A DNA stretch of 64,000 nt, taken from contig CABYHU010000004.1 of the NCBI GenBank assembly GCA_902518715.1, positions 7,284 to 71,283 of the forward strand, read 5' to 3'. The DNA comes from an uncultured SAR86 cluster bacterium. Its GTDB lineage: Bacteria; Pseudomonadota; Gammaproteobacteria; Magnimaribacterales; D2472. A model generated the notes under the pieces. That model was not told the DNA's origin. It did no database searches and worked only from the letters and a program-made list of their open reading frames with translations. The position numbers were made by a program, and so were the translations under genes. How positions within the stretch are numbered: the stretch's first letter is position 1; the number at the start of each line of letters is the position of its first letter. Below, in pieces: positions 8,692-21,300 of this stretch.

Positions 8692-9435
8692 CTATTTATT
8701 ATAGATTCCTTTTATTGACACTTCACCAGATGAAAAAGAAATAATTTCTCCTATTTTTTTTTCTAGTAGAAGCTCACCAGAATCATTTATTCCTAAATAT
8801 TTTCCTTTAATGATCTCATCATTCCTAGCAACAGAAATGATGGCATCGTTATGTATGCAAGACTGATTCCAAAGATTCTTCCAATCATTGAGACCATCAC
8901 TAAACAGAGCCTCAAATTTTACTAATATCTTATTAATGATTTTATCTCTCAAGTTTTTACCATTGAGATCTCCGAAATCTCCCCACCAAGATTCTTTTTT
9001 ATCTAACTCAAGATTTATTCCAATACCAACTATGGCTTTTGTATAGTTAGAAAAAACCTCCTTTTCAACTAATATTCCTCCTATTTTCTTTTTTTCAAAC
9101 ACAAGATCATTTGGCCACTTAAGCTTGATTGAGTCTAGATTAAATACTTCTGTGAGGGCATATTTAACCAAAATACCTGTAGCAATACTTATTGGTACAT
9201 CGAATTCTCTGTCCGCAAAGGCTATGGAAAGAGAAATATTGCCCTCTGGACTGTGCCATTTCTTTCCTTTTCGGCCTTTCCCCTTAGTTTGCTTATCTGC
9301 AGTTACTACTAGAATATCTTTATTTGAACTTATTCTTTTGCACTCATCATTAGTTGAGTCTATTAATTGATGAGTTTTAAGGTCAAAATTAGCCAAATTT
9401 AGGCCTTTTAGGATAATTTCCTCATTAAATTGCAT
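8692..9435 (-). CDS. birA: Biotin-protein ligase (group I, no HTH)
   Basis: IDSTN, QTKGKGRKGKKWHSP, LKWPND, KKIGGIL, GIGIN. Confidence 0.95.
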   Translation of the reverse strand: MQFNEEIILKGLNLANFDLKTHQLIDSTNDECKRISSNKDILVVTADKQTKGKGRKGKKWHSPEGNISLSIAFADREFDVPISIATGILVKYALTEVFNLDSIKLKWPNDLVFEKKKIGGILVEKEVFSNYTKAIVGIGINLELDKKESWWGDFGDLNGKNLRDKIINKILVKFEALFSDGLNDWKNLWNQSCIHNDAIISVARNDEIIKGKYLGINDSGELLLEKKIGEIISFSSGEVSIKGIYNK

Positions 9436-9451
9436 GAAAATAAAAAATTAG

Positions 9452-9480
9452 TTGACTTAATGCTATTCTAGATCAAAAAT
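9452..9480 (+). promoter_or_regulatory. Putative sigma70 promoter of tRNA-Tyr
   Basis: TTGACT (9452-9457), 17 bp, AAAAAT (weak -10). Confidence 0.45.
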
Positions 9481-9494
9481 ACACTCCTTTAAAT

Positions 9495-9579
<85 letters not shown>

Positions 9580-9622
9580 TTTCTAACCCTTTTTTTTAGT
9601 ATATTTTTTTATCAAAAAAAGG

Positions 9623-9658
9623 TTGAGTTTATAGACTTTTAGAGGGATAATACGCCAC
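9623..9658 (+). promoter_or_regulatory. Sigma70 promoter for tRNA-Thr/tuf with GC-rich discriminator
   Basis: TTGAGT-17bp-GATAAT followed by ACGCCAC. Confidence 0.65.
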
Positions 9659-9683
9659 CTTAAATTTTGGAACTGTAATTCGG

Positions 9684-9758
<75 letters not shown>

Positions 9759-9788
9759 TTATTGGCAATTTTTTTAGAGAGGCAAAAA

Positions 9789-10979
9789 ATGGCAAGAGAA
9801 AAGTTTGAAAGAAATTTACCACACGTCAATGTGGGAACAATTGGTCACGTTGACCACGGAAAAACTACTTTAACAGCAGCATTAACTAAGGTTTGTGCTG
9901 AAGTTTACGGTGGTGAAGCAGTTGCATTTGATGGAATTGATAATGCTCCTGAAGAAAGAGAAAGAGGTATAACAATTGCTACATCTCACGTTGAGTATGT
10001 ATCAAATGCTAGACACTATGCACACGTTGACTGTCCAGGTCACGCAGACTATGTAAAAAATATGATTACTGGTGCTGCGCAAATGGACGGGGCAATTCTA
10101 GTTGTAAGTGCAGCTGATGGTCCAATGCCTCAAACAAGAGAGCACATTCTTTTAGCAAGACAAGTTGGTGTTCCAAAGATTGTAGTATTTCTAAATAAAG
10201 CTGACCAAGTTGATGATCCTGAACTTCAGGAATTGGTTGAAATGGAAATAAGAGAGTTATTAAATGAGTATGAATTCCCAGGTGATGACACACCTATCAT
10301 TACTGGAAGTGCATTAAAAGCTCTAGAAGGAGACACTTCAGATATTGGTGTCCCAGCTGTTCAAAAATTAGTTGAAGAACTTGATGTTTCAATACCTGAA
10401 CCAGCAAGAGATACAGACAAGCCTTTCTTAATGCCTGTTGAAGACGTTTTCACTATCTCAGGAAGAGGAACAGTTGTAACTGGAAGAATAGAAACTGGTA
10501 TTGTTAAAACTGGAGATGCTCTTGAAATTGTCGGTATTAATGATACTACTGAAACAACATGTACCGGTGTCGAGATGTTTAGAAAATCTCTTGACGAAGG
10601 AAGAGCCGGTGAGAACTGTGGTGTTCTTCTTAGAGGTATAGACAGAGATGCAGTTGAAAGAGGGCAAGTTTTATCTGCTCCTAAATCAATTACACCGCAT
10701 ACAGAATTCGAAGCTGAAATTTATGTACTTTCAAAAGATGAAGGTGGAAGACACACTCCATTCTTTAAAGGTTATAGACCTCAGTTTTATTTTAGAACTA
10801 CTGATGTTACAGGCGCTTGTGAATTACCAGATGGGGTTGAGATGGTAATGCCAGGTGATAACGTCAAAATGACAGTAACACTGATTGCTCCTATTGCTAT
10901 GGACGAAGGTCTTAAGTTTGCAATACGTGAAGGTGGGCGAACAGTTGGTGCTGGAGTTGTTGCTAAGATCATTAAGTAA
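9789..10979 (+). CDS. tuf: Elongation factor Tu
   Basis: [29 protein letters not shown]; start moved to ATG 9789. Confidence 0.99.
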   Translation: MAREKFERNLPHVNVGTIGHVDHGKTTLTAALTKVCAEVYGGEAVAFDGIDNAPEERERGITIATSHVEYVSNARHYAHVDCPGHADYVKNMITGAAQMDGAILVVSAADGPMPQTREHILLARQVGVPKIVVFLNKADQVDDPELQELVEMEIRELLNEYEFPGDDTPIITGSALKALEGDTSDIGVPAVQKLVEELDVSIPEPARDTDKPFLMPVEDVFTISGRGTVVTGRIETGIVKTGDALEIVGINDTTETTCTGVEMFRKSLDEGRAGENCGVLLRGIDRDAVERGQVLSAPKSITPHTEFEAEIYVLSKDEGGRHTPFFKGYRPQFYFRTTDVTGACELPDGVEMVMPGDNVKMTVTLIAPIAMDEGLKFAIREGGRTVGAGVVAKIIK

Positions 10980-10995
10980 AAGAATTTAAGCGATT

Positions 10996-11030
10996 GCCAA
11001 GACATGGAAGTCTTGGCGCGCCTTTTTTTT
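10996..11030 (+). terminator. Putative intrinsic terminator after tuf
   Basis: GCCAAGAC-atggaa-GTCTTGGC stem then GCGCC and T8. Confidence 0.65.
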
Positions 11031-11055
11031 AATGGGGAAAGTTAATAACGTTTTT

Positions 11056-11131
11056 AGGCCAGTAGCTCAATTGGTAGAGCACCGGTCTCCAAAACCGGGG
11101 GTTGGGGGTTCAATTCCCTCCTGGCCTGCCA
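11056..11131 (+). tRNA. tRNA-Trp(CCA)
   Basis: AGGCCAGTAGCTCAA...CCGGTCTCCAAAACCGG...TGGCCTGCCA; canonical position before secE. Confidence 0.96.
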
Positions 11132-11155
11132 ATGAGGAAGAGTTTAGGAAGAATT

Positions 11156-11518
11156 ATGAGTAAACAAGAGTCATTTAAATTCTTAGACAAAGCGAAGTGG
11201 TTAATTTCATTATCTTTCTTTGTAGTTGCCGTTGTTGGCAACAGTTATTACACAGAAGTTGCATTCCTTTACAGAGTTTTGGGCGTTGTCGGTCTTATTG
11301 GCCTCGGAATACTTTTCATGGCACTGACTGATTTTGGAAAATCTTCAATAAAACTTATGGCAGAATCAAGAACTGAATTAAGAAGAGTTGTTTGGCCTAC
11401 AAGGGTTGAAACAACTCAGACATTTTTAATTGTTTTTATATCTATCCTTATACTTTGCATACTTTTATGGGGATTAGAGTCATTATTAAGTTGGTTAACA
11501 AAATTAATTTTAGGATAA
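11156..11518 (+). CDS. secE: Preprotein translocase subunit SecE
   Basis: ELRRVVWPTR.ET motif, three TMs; start set to ATG 11156 downstream of the tRNA. Confidence 0.95.
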   Translation: MSKQESFKFLDKAKWLISLSFFVVAVVGNSYYTEVAFLYRVLGVVGLIGLGILFMALTDFGKSSIKLMAESRTELRRVVWPTRVETTQTFLIVFISILILCILLWGLESLLSWLTKLILG

Positions 11519-11521
11519 GAA

Positions 11522-12049
11522 ATGGAGTGGTTTGTAGTTCAAGCATATTCAGGATACGAACAGAAAGTTAAAGCTGCTATGGAAGAAAGAATTATGTTGG
11601 CAGATCTAAAAGAGAAGTTTGGAGAAATTCTTGTACCTACTGAGCAGGTTGTTGAGCTAAAAAGCGGTGAACAGAAAAAAACAGAAAGAAAATTCTTCCC
11701 AGGATATATCCTCATACAAATGGAACTTGACGATGACACTTGGCAGTTAGTCAAACAAACTCCAAGAGTTTCAGGGTTTGTTGGAGGAACGAGAGAAAAA
11801 CCAAGCCCAATCACGGATGCTGAAGTTAATAGCATTATTAATAGAATCGAAGTAGGTGAAGAAGCTCCCAGACCAAAAACTATGTTTGAACCAGGTGAAG
11901 TCATCAGAGTATGTGACGGACCCTTTAACGATTTCAATGGCGTTGTAGAGGAAGTTGATTATGAAAGGAACTCAGTAAAAGTTTCTGTTCAGATCTTAGG
12001 GAGATCAACTTCTGTGCAATTAAATTTTATGCAAATAGAGAAAACTTAA
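11522..12049 (+). CDS. nusG: Transcription factor NusG
   Basis: WFVVQAYSGYE, FFPGY, KOW GPFNDFNG. Confidence 0.98.
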   Translation: MEWFVVQAYSGYEQKVKAAMEERIMLADLKEKFGEILVPTEQVVELKSGEQKKTERKFFPGYILIQMELDDDTWQLVKQTPRVSGFVGGTREKPSPITDAEVNSIINRIEVGEEAPRPKTMFEPGEVIRVCDGPFNDFNGVVEEVDYERNSVKVSVQILGRSTSVQLNFMQIEKT

Positions 12050-12484
12050 ATGGCTAAAAAGAAAAAAGTTGCAAATATTTTGAAATTACAAATACCCGCG
12101 GGAGCAGCTAATCCTAGCCCACCTGTTGGCCCTGCATTAGGTCAAGCGGGACTAAACATTATGGATTTTTGTAATGCATTCAATGATAAAACGAAAGATT
12201 CAGAGAAGGGTGTTCCTCTTCCAGTTGTAATAAGTGTTTATGAAGATAAATCCTTTGATTTTGTTGTTAAAACACCACCAGCAGCTGTCCTAATTAGAAA
12301 GGCTCTTAACATTCCTAAAGGAAGTGGAGAACCTAACAGAGAAAAGGTTGGAAAAATCTCAAGAAAACAACTAGAAGAAATTGCAAAAGTAAAAGAGCCA
12401 GATTTAAATGCCAATGATCTGGATAATGCGGTAAGAATTATTGCAGGTACAGCAAGAAGTATGGGAGTCGATGTAGAAATATAA
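12050..12484 (+). CDS. rplK: 50S ribosomal protein L11
   Basis: [13 protein letters not shown]. Confidence 0.98.
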   Translation: MAKKKKVANILKLQIPAGAANPSPPVGPALGQAGLNIMDFCNAFNDKTKDSEKGVPLPVVISVYEDKSFDFVVKTPPAAVLIRKALNIPKGSGEPNREKVGKISRKQLEEIAKVKEPDLNANDLDNAVRIIAGTARSMGVDVEI

Positions 12485-12486
12485 TT

Positions 12487-13173
12487 ATGGTTACAAAAAA
12501 ACAAAAAAGTATTTTAGAAAGCGTTGATAGCATGACTGATTACTCATTAAGCGATGCTGTTAAGATTCTACAAGAACATAAATCACCAAAATTTGATGAG
12601 TCTCTAGATGTAGCTATTAAGCTTGGAGTTGATGGGAATAAATCTGATCAAAATGTTCGAGGAGCTTTAACACTTCCAAACTCTCTTGGTAAAGAAGTTG
12701 TTGTAGCTGTTTTTGCTGATGGTGATGCAGCTGAAGATGCAAAATCAGCCGGTGCTGATTTTATAGGTATGGATGATTTGAGTGAGAAGTTTACAAAAAA
12801 TGAGATCGCTGTAGATGTCGTAATCTCGACACAGGCAGCTATGAAAGTCGTTGGTAAGCTTGGCCAGGTTTTAGGACCAAAAGGGCTTATGCCAAATCCG
12901 AAAACTGGAACTGTTACTGATAATGTTGCCGACGCAATAAAGAATGCAAAATCTGGACAAGTTAGATTTAGAACTGATAAAAGCGGTATTGTTCATGGTT
13001 GCATAGGAAAAGTTTCATTTGATGATGGCAAGGTAAATCAGAATTTAACTGCACTTGTTGAAGAATTAAAAAGATTAAAACCAGCATCCGCCAAGGGTGT
13101 ATATATAAAAGGTATTTCAATTAGCAGCACAATGGGGCCTGGATTGAAATTAAATATATCGGAGCTGGCATAA
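12487..13173 (+). CDS. rplA: 50S ribosomal protein L1
   Basis: KFDES, LGPKGLMPNPKTGTVT, SSTMGPG. Confidence 0.98.
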   Translation: MVTKKQKSILESVDSMTDYSLSDAVKILQEHKSPKFDESLDVAIKLGVDGNKSDQNVRGALTLPNSLGKEVVVAVFADGDAAEDAKSAGADFIGMDDLSEKFTKNEIAVDVVISTQAAMKVVGKLGQVLGPKGLMPNPKTGTVTDNVADAIKNAKSGQVRFRTDKSGIVHGCIGKVSFDDGKVNQNLTALVEELKRLKPASAKGVYIKGISISSTMGPGLKLNISELA

Positions 13174-13219
13174 GTTTTTAGAGTTTTTTAAAACTCTAGA
13201 TTGTTGCGTTTATTCGCAG

Positions 13220-13330
13220 CCGTCGAAGACCGTAGGTGCTTATTAGCTTAATTTCCTACGCAGGTGGTGACTCAATTGCATTAGCATTTTGTCGCCAAAA
13301 ATGACCGAAAGGTCTAAATAGGAGAATTGT
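13220..13330 (+). promoter_or_regulatory. L10 ribosomal protein leader
   Basis: GAAGACCGTAGG...CTTAAT..CCTACGCAG signature upstream of rplJ. Confidence 0.8.
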
Positions 13331-13861
13331 ATGGCATTAGCCAAAAATGAAAAAGAAAGGATTGTTGAGGAAGTAAAAGCTGTTGTTGCAGATGCATCTA
13401 CATTGGTGATATCTGATGCAAGAGGTTTAAAAGTTTCTGAACTATCTGAAATAAGAAAGGAAGCAAACGAAAAAGGTGTGCATATTCAAGTGATAAAAAA
13501 TTCACTTGCAAAGCTTGCATTTAAAGATACCGATTTTGGTTGCACAGAAGAGGCTCTCAAAGGCCCTTCATTATTTGCTTTTTCTTTTGCTGAGCCAGGA
13601 GCTGCTGCAAAGTTACTCAAAACATATGCTAAAAACTTCGAAGCTCTCGAAATTAAAGCATTATGTGTTGAGGGCCAACTGCTAGATGGAAGCCAAATTG
13701 ATTTATTGGCAACACTCCCATCAAGAGAAGAGGCTATTACTTTAATTGCATCTGTTCTTCAAGCACCTATGGGCAAGTTTGCTACTTTATTAAATGAAGT
13801 TCCAAGTAAGCTTGCGAGGGTTCTTGCTGCAGTTCGTGACAATAAACAGGCTAGTGCCTAA
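13331..13861 (+). CDS. rplJ: 50S ribosomal protein L10
   Basis: [23 protein letters not shown]. Confidence 0.97.
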   Translation: MALAKNEKERIVEEVKAVVADASTLVISDARGLKVSELSEIRKEANEKGVHIQVIKNSLAKLAFKDTDFGCTEEALKGPSLFAFSFAEPGAAAKLLKTYAKNFEALEIKALCVEGQLLDGSQIDLLATLPSREEAITLIASVLQAPMGKFATLLNEVPSKLARVLAAVRDNKQASA

Positions 13862-13875
13862 ATCGGAGAATTATT

Positions 13876-14265
13876 ATGGCAACAATAAAATCTGAAGACA
13901 TTCTTAAAGCAATTGAAGAAATGTCAGTTATGGAGTTGGTAGAGCTTATTTCTGCTATCGAAGAAAAATTTGGTGTTACTGCAGCTGCTGCAGTCGCTGC
14001 TGCACCTGCTGCAGCTGCTGGCGATGCTGCTGGTGGTGATGCTGCTGAAGAGAAAGACGAATTTGATGTTGTTCTTTCTGCAGCTGGCGACCAAAAAGTC
14101 CAAGTTATTAAAGCTGTTAGAGCTATAACAGGTCTTGGTCTTAAGGAAGCTAAAGACTTAGTCGATGGCGCTCCAAATACTCTTAAAGAGGGTGTTAAAA
14201 AAGAAGAAGCTGAAGAAATGCTTAAACAGCTTTCAGAAGCTGGAGCTACTGCAGAACTTAAATAA
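13876..14265 (+). CDS. rplL: 50S ribosomal protein L7/L12
   Basis: EEKFGV, Ala hinge, [11 protein letters not shown]. Confidence 0.98.
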   Translation: MATIKSEDILKAIEEMSVMELVELISAIEEKFGVTAAAAVAAAPAAAAGDAAGGDAAEEKDEFDVVLSAAGDQKVQVIKAVRAITGLGLKEAKDLVDGAPNTLKEGVKKEEAEEMLKQLSEAGATAELK

Positions 14266-14293
14266 TTTTACTAATACTTAAAGGGCAACATAT

Positions 14294-17200
14294 ATGTCAT
14301 ATAGCTACACTGAAAAAAAGAGAATAAGAAAAAACTTTGGAAGATTCCCAAAAGTCATGGATCTACCAACCCTGACAGAAACACAGCTGAATTCATATGC
14401 TGAGTTTCTTCAAGCTGAGGTCGATCCCGATAAAAGGGAAAATAAAGGTCTAGAAGAAGTTTTTCAGTCTCTTTTCCCTATAACAAGTGTTTCTGGCAAT
14501 GCTGCCCTTGAGTACGTCTCATATGAGCTTGGTAAAAATAGTTTTGATGTTCAAGAATGCCTCATTCAAGGACTAAGTTACTCAGCACCACTTAGAATTA
14601 AAGTAAGGCTTGTAATTTATGACAAAGAGTCTAACTTCGAAGAAGTTAAAGATGTAAAAGAAGGTGAAGTTTTTATGGGAGAGGTTCCTTTAATGACTTC
14701 AACAGGATCCTTTATCATTAATGGAACAGAGAGAGTTGTTGTTTCACAGCTCCACAGATCTCCTGGTGTTTTCTTTGATCATGACAAAGGAAAAACTCAC
14801 AGTTCTGGAAAAGTTTTATATTCTGCAAGAATTATTCCTTATAGGGGTTCTTGGCTAGATTTTGAATTTGATCCAAAAGACAGTCTTTTCTGTAGGATAG
14901 ATAGAAAGAGAAAGATACCTGCAACTATTCTTCTAAAAGCATTGGAAATGACTACTGAAGAAATTCTGCAGTCATTCTTTGAAACGGAAACTTACACACT
15001 TGATAAATCAAGAGTAAAAACTGAATTAAGGCCAGAGAGATTAAGAGGCGAAGTCCTTAGTGAAGACATAAAAGTTAAGAACAAAGTTATAGTCGAAGCT
15101 GGTAAAAGAGTTACTGCAAGACATGTTAAATTGCTCAGAGATTCTGGAGAGAAAGAAATTTCTTTTTCAAATGAATATCTTTTAGGAAAAGTTACTTCCA
15201 AAGATATATTTGATGAGGAAACTGGAGAGGTTACTTTAGCGTGTAACAGTGAAATAGACGAAGCAGTGTTATCTCTTCTTTCGGAAAAAAGCATAACAAC
15301 AATTGATACTCTCTATATTAATGAGTTAGAGAAGGGGCCATATATAGCAAATACGCTTAGAATTGATCCAACATCAAATAGGTTAGAAGCTCTTGTTGAA
15401 ATATATAGAATGATGAGACCTGGCGAACCACCAACTAAAGACTCAGCAGAAACTTTATTTAGAAATTTATTCTTTAACCCGGAAAGATATGATTTATCTG
15501 AAGTCGGAAGAATGAAATTTAATAGAAGGCTAAAAATAGAAGATGAAAGAGAGAATCCAAATGTGCTTGATCTCCAAGACATTATCTCTGTTATGAAAGG
15601 CATATTAGATATTAGAGACGGTCATGACTTTGTTGATGATATTGATCATCTTGGAAATAGAAGAGTCAGGTCTGTCGGAGAAATGACTGCCAACCAATTT
15701 AGAGTTGGGCTTATTAGAGTTGAGAGAGCTGTAAGAGAAAGATTAAGCATGGCTGAAGCAGATGAGCTTGGTCCTCAAGATCTTATTAATGCCAAACCGG
15801 TTACTGCAGCAATAAAAGAATTTTTTGGTTCAAGTCAGTTGTCACAGTTTATGGATCAAAATAATCCATTGTCTGAAATAACTCATAAGAGAAGAGTTTC
15901 TGCATTAGGTCCTGGCGGACTTACTAGAGAAAGAGCGGGCTTTGAGGTCAGAGATGTTCATCCAACCCATTATGGAAGAGTTTGCCCAATCGAAACACCA
16001 GAGGGACCAAATATTGGTCTTATAAATTCCTTTGCCTCTTATGCAAGGACTAATTCTTATGGATTTATAGAAACTCCTTATAGAAAGGTTGTGAAGGGAA
16101 CAGTTACTGATGAGATTGTTTATTTGTCAGCCATTGATGAAGGCGAGCATATAATCGCTCAGGCCAATGCTACATTGGATAAAAAGAATAAATTCGTCGA
16201 TGATCTAGTCCCTGTTAGACACGCTAACGAGTTCGAATTGATGTCGTCAGATATGGTTGACTTAATGGATGTTTCGCCTCAGCAAGTAGTTTCTGTTGCT
16301 GCATCATTAATTCCATTTTTGGAGCATGATGACGCAAACAGAGCTTTAATGGGTTCAAATATGCAACGTCAAGCAGTTCCTGTCTTAAGACCAGAAAAAC
16401 CTCTTGTTGGAACTGGTCTTGAAACAGTTGTTGCAAGAGATTCGGGAGTCTGTGTAGTTGCTAAGAATAAAGGTGTCGTTGAAAGCGTTGATGCAGGGAG
16501 AATCGTTGTTAGAGTCACAGATGCAAAAAATAAAACCGCTGAAGTTGATATTTACAATCTCGTTAAATATACAAGATCAAATCAAAATACCTGCATCAAT
16601 CAAAGACCACTTGTAAAGGTTGGCGATAAAGTTGTTGAAGGTGATATTCTTGCTGATGGACCATCTGTAGATAATGGCGAGCTTGCATTAGGACAAAACA
16701 TTAGGATTGCCTTTATGCCATGGAATGGTTATAACTTTGAGGACTCAATTCTTATTTCTGAAAAAGTTGCAAGAGAGGATAGGTTTACATCAATTCATAT
16801 CCAAGAACTAACTTGTGTTGCCAGAGATACAAAACTTGGTTCTGAAGAAATTACTGCTGATATTCCTAATGTTGGAGAAGGATCATTATCAAAACTTGAT
16901 GAGTGTGGAATAGTCTATAAAGGAGCAGAAGTTAACCCCGGAGATATCCTTGTTGGTAAGATTACTCCAAAAGGAGAAAATCAATTATCTCCTGAAGAAA
17001 AACTTCTAAGAGCGATATTTGGAGAAAAAGCTTCTGATGTTAAAGATACATCATTAAGAGTTCCAACAAGCACAAAGGGAACTGTTATCGGTGTAGAAGT
17101 CTTTACAAGAGATGGACTAGAAAAAGATGACAGAACTGTCTCCATTGAAGAAGAGCATTTAGCGCAAGCAAAAAAAGATGCTGATGATGAGACTAGGATT

Positions 17201-18364
17201 GTTCAGGAAGCAACAAAAATTAAAGTTTCTGGTTTCCTTAATGGTGAAACAGTTACTAAGGCTCCTGGTTTAAAAAGAGGATCTAAGATTTCATTGGATG
17301 ACCTCAAAGAAATGTCTTTAAACGATATTTTTTCAATAAGAACAAAAAAAGCTGATGTAAATACAAGGCTAGAGGAATCAGAACAGGCTCTAAAAAAGGT
17401 TCTAAGTGAAATCAAAGATAGATTTAATGACAAAAAATCAAAGATTATAAGAGGTCATGACCTTGCTCCAGGCGTTATTAAAATAGTTAAAGTATTTTTA
17501 GCCATTAAAAGGAGAATACAGCCTGGCGATAAAATGGCAGGTAGGCATGGAAACAAAGGTGTTATTTCAGAAATAATGCCAATTGAGGATATGCCTTATG
17601 ATGAGGATGGTAATCCGGTAGATATTGTTTTAAATCCATTAGGAGTTCCATCCAGAATGAATGTGGGCCAGATTCTTGAAACGCATATGGGATGTGCTGC
17701 AAAAGGTGTCGGCAAAATCATTGATGACATGATAAAAAATAAAGAATCAAATGCAGACATTAGAAAATATCTTGAAACTCTATATAACAAAGATGCTGTA
17801 AATCTTGAGGATCTTGGCTCTTTAACTAATGGAGATATTGATCAGTTAGCTCATAACCTCAGAGCTGGTGTTCCAATTGCATCACCAGTTTTTGATGGTG
17901 CTGCAGAATCTGAAGTTAAAAATATGTTAAAGCTTGCTGGTCTTCCTTCTTCCGGACAATTTACTTTATTTGACGGAAGAACAGGTAGAAAATTTGATCG
18001 TCCAATTACTGTTGGTTATATGTACATGATTAAACTCAATCATTTAGTCGACGATAAAATGCATGCAAGATCAACCGGATCATACTCTTTGGTTACACAA
18101 CAACCATTGGGTGGAAAAGCTCAGTTCGGAGGTCAAAGATTTGGTGAAATGGAAGTTTGGGCACTCGAGGCTTATGGTGCTGCTTACACTCTTCAAGAAA
18201 TGTTAACAGTTAAGTCTGATGATGTTTCTGGTAGAACTAAGATGTACAAAAATATTGTTGATGGCTCATTACAGATGGATGCAAATATTCCCGAATCATT
18301 TAATGTTCTTACAAAAGAGATTAGATCGCTGGGTATTAATATTGATTTAGAAACAGAAGAATAG
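14294..18364 (+). CDS. rpoB: RNA polymerase beta subunit
   Basis: [35 protein letters not shown]. Confidence 0.99.
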   Translation: MSYSYTEKKRIRKNFGRFPKVMDLPTLTETQLNSYAEFLQAEVDPDKRENKGLEEVFQSLFPITSVSGNAALEYVSYELGKNSFDVQECLIQGLSYSAPLRIKVRLVIYDKESNFEEVKDVKEGEVFMGEVPLMTSTGSFIINGTERVVVSQLHRSPGVFFDHDKGKTHSSGKVLYSARIIPYRGSWLDFEFDPKDSLFCRIDRKRKIPATILLKALEMTTEEILQSFFETETYTLDKSRVKTELRPERLRGEVLSEDIKVKNKVIVEAGKRVTARHVKLLRDSGEKEISFSNEYLLGKVTSKDIFDEETGEVTLACNSEIDEAVLSLLSEKSITTIDTLYINELEKGPYIANTLRIDPTSNRLEALVEIYRMMRPGEPPTKDSAETLFRNLFFNPERYDLSEVGRMKFNRRLKIEDERENPNVLDLQDIISVMKGILDIRDGHDFVDDIDHLGNRRVRSVGEMTANQFRVGLIRVERAVRERLSMAEADELGPQDLINAKPVTAAIKEFFGSSQLSQFMDQNNPLSEITHKRRVSALGPGGLTRERAGFEVRDVHPTHYGRVCPIETPEGPNIGLINSFASYARTNSYGFIETPYRKVVKGTVTDEIVYLSAIDEGEHIIAQANATLDKKNKFVDDLVPVRHANEFELMSSDMVDLMDVSPQQVVSVAASLIPFLEHDDANRALMGSNMQRQAVPVLRPEKPLVGTGLETVVARDSGVCVVAKNKGVVESVDAGRIVVRVTDAKNKTAEVDIYNLVKYTRSNQNTCINQRPLVKVGDKVVEGDILADGPSVDNGELALGQNIRIAFMPWNGYNFEDSILISEKVAREDRFTSIHIQELTCVARDTKLGSEEITADIPNVGEGSLSKLDECGIVYKGAEVNPGDILVGKITPKGENQLSPEEKLLRAIFGEKASDVKDTSLRVPTSTKGTVIGVEVFTRDGLEKDDRTVSIEEEHLAQAKKDADDETRIVQEATKIKVSGFLNGETVTKAPGLKRGSKISLDDLKEMSLNDIFSIRTKKADVNTRLEESEQALKKVLSEIKDRFNDKKSKIIRGHDLAPGVIKIVKVFLAIKRRIQPGDKMAGRHGNKGVISEIMPIEDMPYDEDGNPVDIVLNPLGVPSRMNVGQILETHMGCAAKGVGKIIDDMIKNKESNADIRKYLETLYNKDAVNLEDLGSLTNGDIDQLAHNLRAGVPIASPVFDGAAESEVKNMLKLAGLPSSGQFTLFDGRTGRKFDRPITVGYMYMIKLNHLVDDKMHARSTGSYSLVTQQPLGGKAQFGGQRFGEMEVWALEAYGAAYTLQEMLTVKSDDVSGRTKMYKNIVDGSLQMDANIPESFNVLTKEIRSLGINIDLETEE

Positions 18365-18374
18365 GAGAAATATT

Positions 18375-21300
18375 TTGAAAGAATTACTTAATTTATTGCA
18401 ATCAAACCAAGACGAATTCTCATCTATTTCTGCTGGCTTAGCATCTCCACAGATGGTTAGATCTTGGTCTTTTGGGGAAGTTAAAAAGCCTGAAACCATT
18501 AACTATAGAACTTTTAAACCAGAAAGAGATGGTCTCTTTTGTGCAAAGATTTTTGGACCGATTAAGGACTATGAATGTATATGTGGCAAATATAAAAGAA
18601 TGAAGCACAGAGGAGTTGTATGTGAAAAATGTGGTGTAGAAGTTACTCTCGCTAAAGTTAGAAGAGAAAGAATGGGACACATTGAGTTAGCAGCTCCTGT
18701 TGCTCATATATGGTTCCTAAAATCCCTACCTTCACGAATTGGTCTTCTTTTAGATGTAACGTTAAGAGAAATTGAGAGAGTCTTATATTTTGAGAGTTTT
18801 ATAGTAACTGATCCGGGAATGACTGATCTAGAAACTGGAGACATTCTTACTGAAGAAGAATATATTGAAGCTTATGATCAATATGGAGATGAGTTTAAAG
18901 CCGGAATGGGCGCAGAAGCAGTTAAATTATTGCTTGAAGAACTTGACATAGAAGAAGAGATAAGAATTCTGAGAGAAGAAATTCCTCAAACAAACTCTGA
19001 AACAAAATTAAAAAAGATTTCAAAAAGATTAAAGTTATTGGAGGCTTTTAAGGCTTCAGGGAACAAGCCAGAATGGATGATTATGGATGTTCTTCCAGTA
19101 TTACCTCCAGATCTAAGACCACTTGTACCACTTGAAGGCGGAAGATTTGCTACTTCTGATTTAAATGATCTTTATAGAAGAGTAATAAACAGAAACAACA
19201 GATTGAAAAGGTTATTGGAGCTTAATGCGCCTGATATCATTGTTAGAAATGAAAAAAGAATGCTTCAAGAATCAGTTGATGCGCTTCTTGATAATGGAAG
19301 AAGAGGAAGAGTAATAACAGGAACCAATAAAAGACCTCTTAAGTCTCTTGCTGACATGATTAAGGGTAAGGGTGGAAGATTTAGACAAAATCTTCTTGGA
19401 AAGCGTGTTGATTATTCAGGAAGATCAGTAATTGTATCTGGACCAAATCTTAAACTTCATCAATGCGGACTTCCAAAAAAAATGGCATTGGAGCTATTCA
19501 AGCCATTTGTTTATGGAAGGTTAGAACATAAAGAGCTAGCAACAACAATCAAAGCTGCAAAAAGACTCGTTGAAAGAGAGACACCAGAGGTTTGGGAGGC
19601 TCTTGAAGAAGTTATTAGAGAACATCCAGTTCTTTTAAATAGAGCTCCAACATTGCATCGTCTTGGTATACAGGCATTTGAACCCCTATTAATTGAGGGT
19701 AAGGCTATACAACTTCATCCATTGGTATGTGTTGCATATAATGCTGATTTTGATGGTGACCAAATGGCTGTTCATGTTCCATTAACAGTTGAAGCCCAAC
19801 TTGAAGCAAGAGCATTAATGATGTCCACCAATAATATTCTTTCTCCTGCTGATGGAGCCCCAATTATTAATCCAACTCAGGATGTAGTTCTTGGCCTTTA
19901 TTATATGACAAGAGAAAAAGTAAATTCTCATGGTGAAGGAAGAGTATTCTCAAATCCTGACGAAGTCCAAAGAGCTTTTGAATCTGAGCAAATAGATCTT
20001 CATGCAAAAATAAAAGTAAGAATTGAGAATGCCGAAAAAGGAGTATTTATTGAAGATACTACCGTTGGAAGAACCCTTATTTGGAGAATCACACCAATTG
20101 AGGTCGGATTCGACAATGTAAACAAAACCTTAGATAAGAAAGCAGTTTCGTCGCTTATTGATCTTTCCTACAGAAAAGCTGGTTTGAAAAAGACTGTAAT
20201 TTTTGCCGATCAATTAATGTATCTTGGTTTTGACTTCTCAACTAGATCAGGCTCATCGATTGGTGTCGACGATTTTGTTATACCTGATGAGAAATATGAA
20301 ATTGTAGACAAGGCAGAGGATGAGGTTAAAGAAATTGAAAACCAATTCTCGTCTGGACTTGTTACAAGAGGCGAAAGATATAACAAAGTGGTTGATATAT
20401 GGTCTAGAGCAAATGAAAGAGTTGCTAAAGCAATGATGGAAAAAATCAGTAAAGACAGCGTTGAGGATTCTGAGGGTAATGAAGTTGAACAAGCTTCTTT
20501 TAATTCAGTATATATATACGCTGATTCAGGAGCCAGAGGGTCGCCCGCTCAAATTAGGCAGCTATCAGGTATGAGAGGACTAATGTCAAAACCAGATGGC
20601 TCAATTATAGAAACTCCTATTACTGCAAACTTCAGAGAAGGTCTTTCAGTTCTTCAGTACTTTATCTCAACGCACGGAGCTAGAAAGGGTCTTGCAGATA
20701 CTGCATTAAAAACAGCAAACTCAGGCTATTTAACAAGAAGACTATGTGACGTTTCAATGGACTCAGTTATTACAGAAGAGGATTGCGGTACAGAAGATTC
20801 AATTGAAATGAGTGCAATCATTGATGGTGGTGAAATTATTCAAGACCTCACTGACAGAATTCTTGGAAGAGTCATAGCTGAACCCATCTTTGACAATGAT
20901 GGGAATGAGCTTTTCCCTAAAGATACTCTCATTGATGAAGATGCATTACTGAAGATCGAACCATTAAATCTCTCTACGCTTAGAGTAAGGTCTCCAATGA
21001 CTTGTGAGTCAAGTTTTGGAGTCTGTGCTAAATGTTATGGAAGAGACTTAGCGAGAGGACATCTTGTTCATCGTGGTGAAGCTGTAGGTGTGGTTGCCGC
21101 GCAATCAATTGGTGAGCCAGGTACGCAGTTAACTATGAGAACCTTCCATATTGGGGGAGCTGCTTCAAGCTCATCTGAGGATGATTCAATAATTAGCAGA
21201 AACGATGGATCTGTAATTTTTTCAGATGATATCAAAAGCGTTAAGAATAAAGATAAGCTAGAAGTTGTTATTTCAAGAAATTCAACTTTATCAATTTCTG

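Noticed and set aside
12458-12489. GGGAG...GAAAUA at the rplK end resembling an L1-binding site
   Set aside because: Sequence is constrained by the conserved L11 SMG-V-x-V-E codons and pairing is weak
13177-13200. Inverted repeat TAGAGTTTT-TT-AAAACTCTA after rplA
   Set aside because: AT-rich with no following U-tract; cannot be called a terminator or mobile repeat
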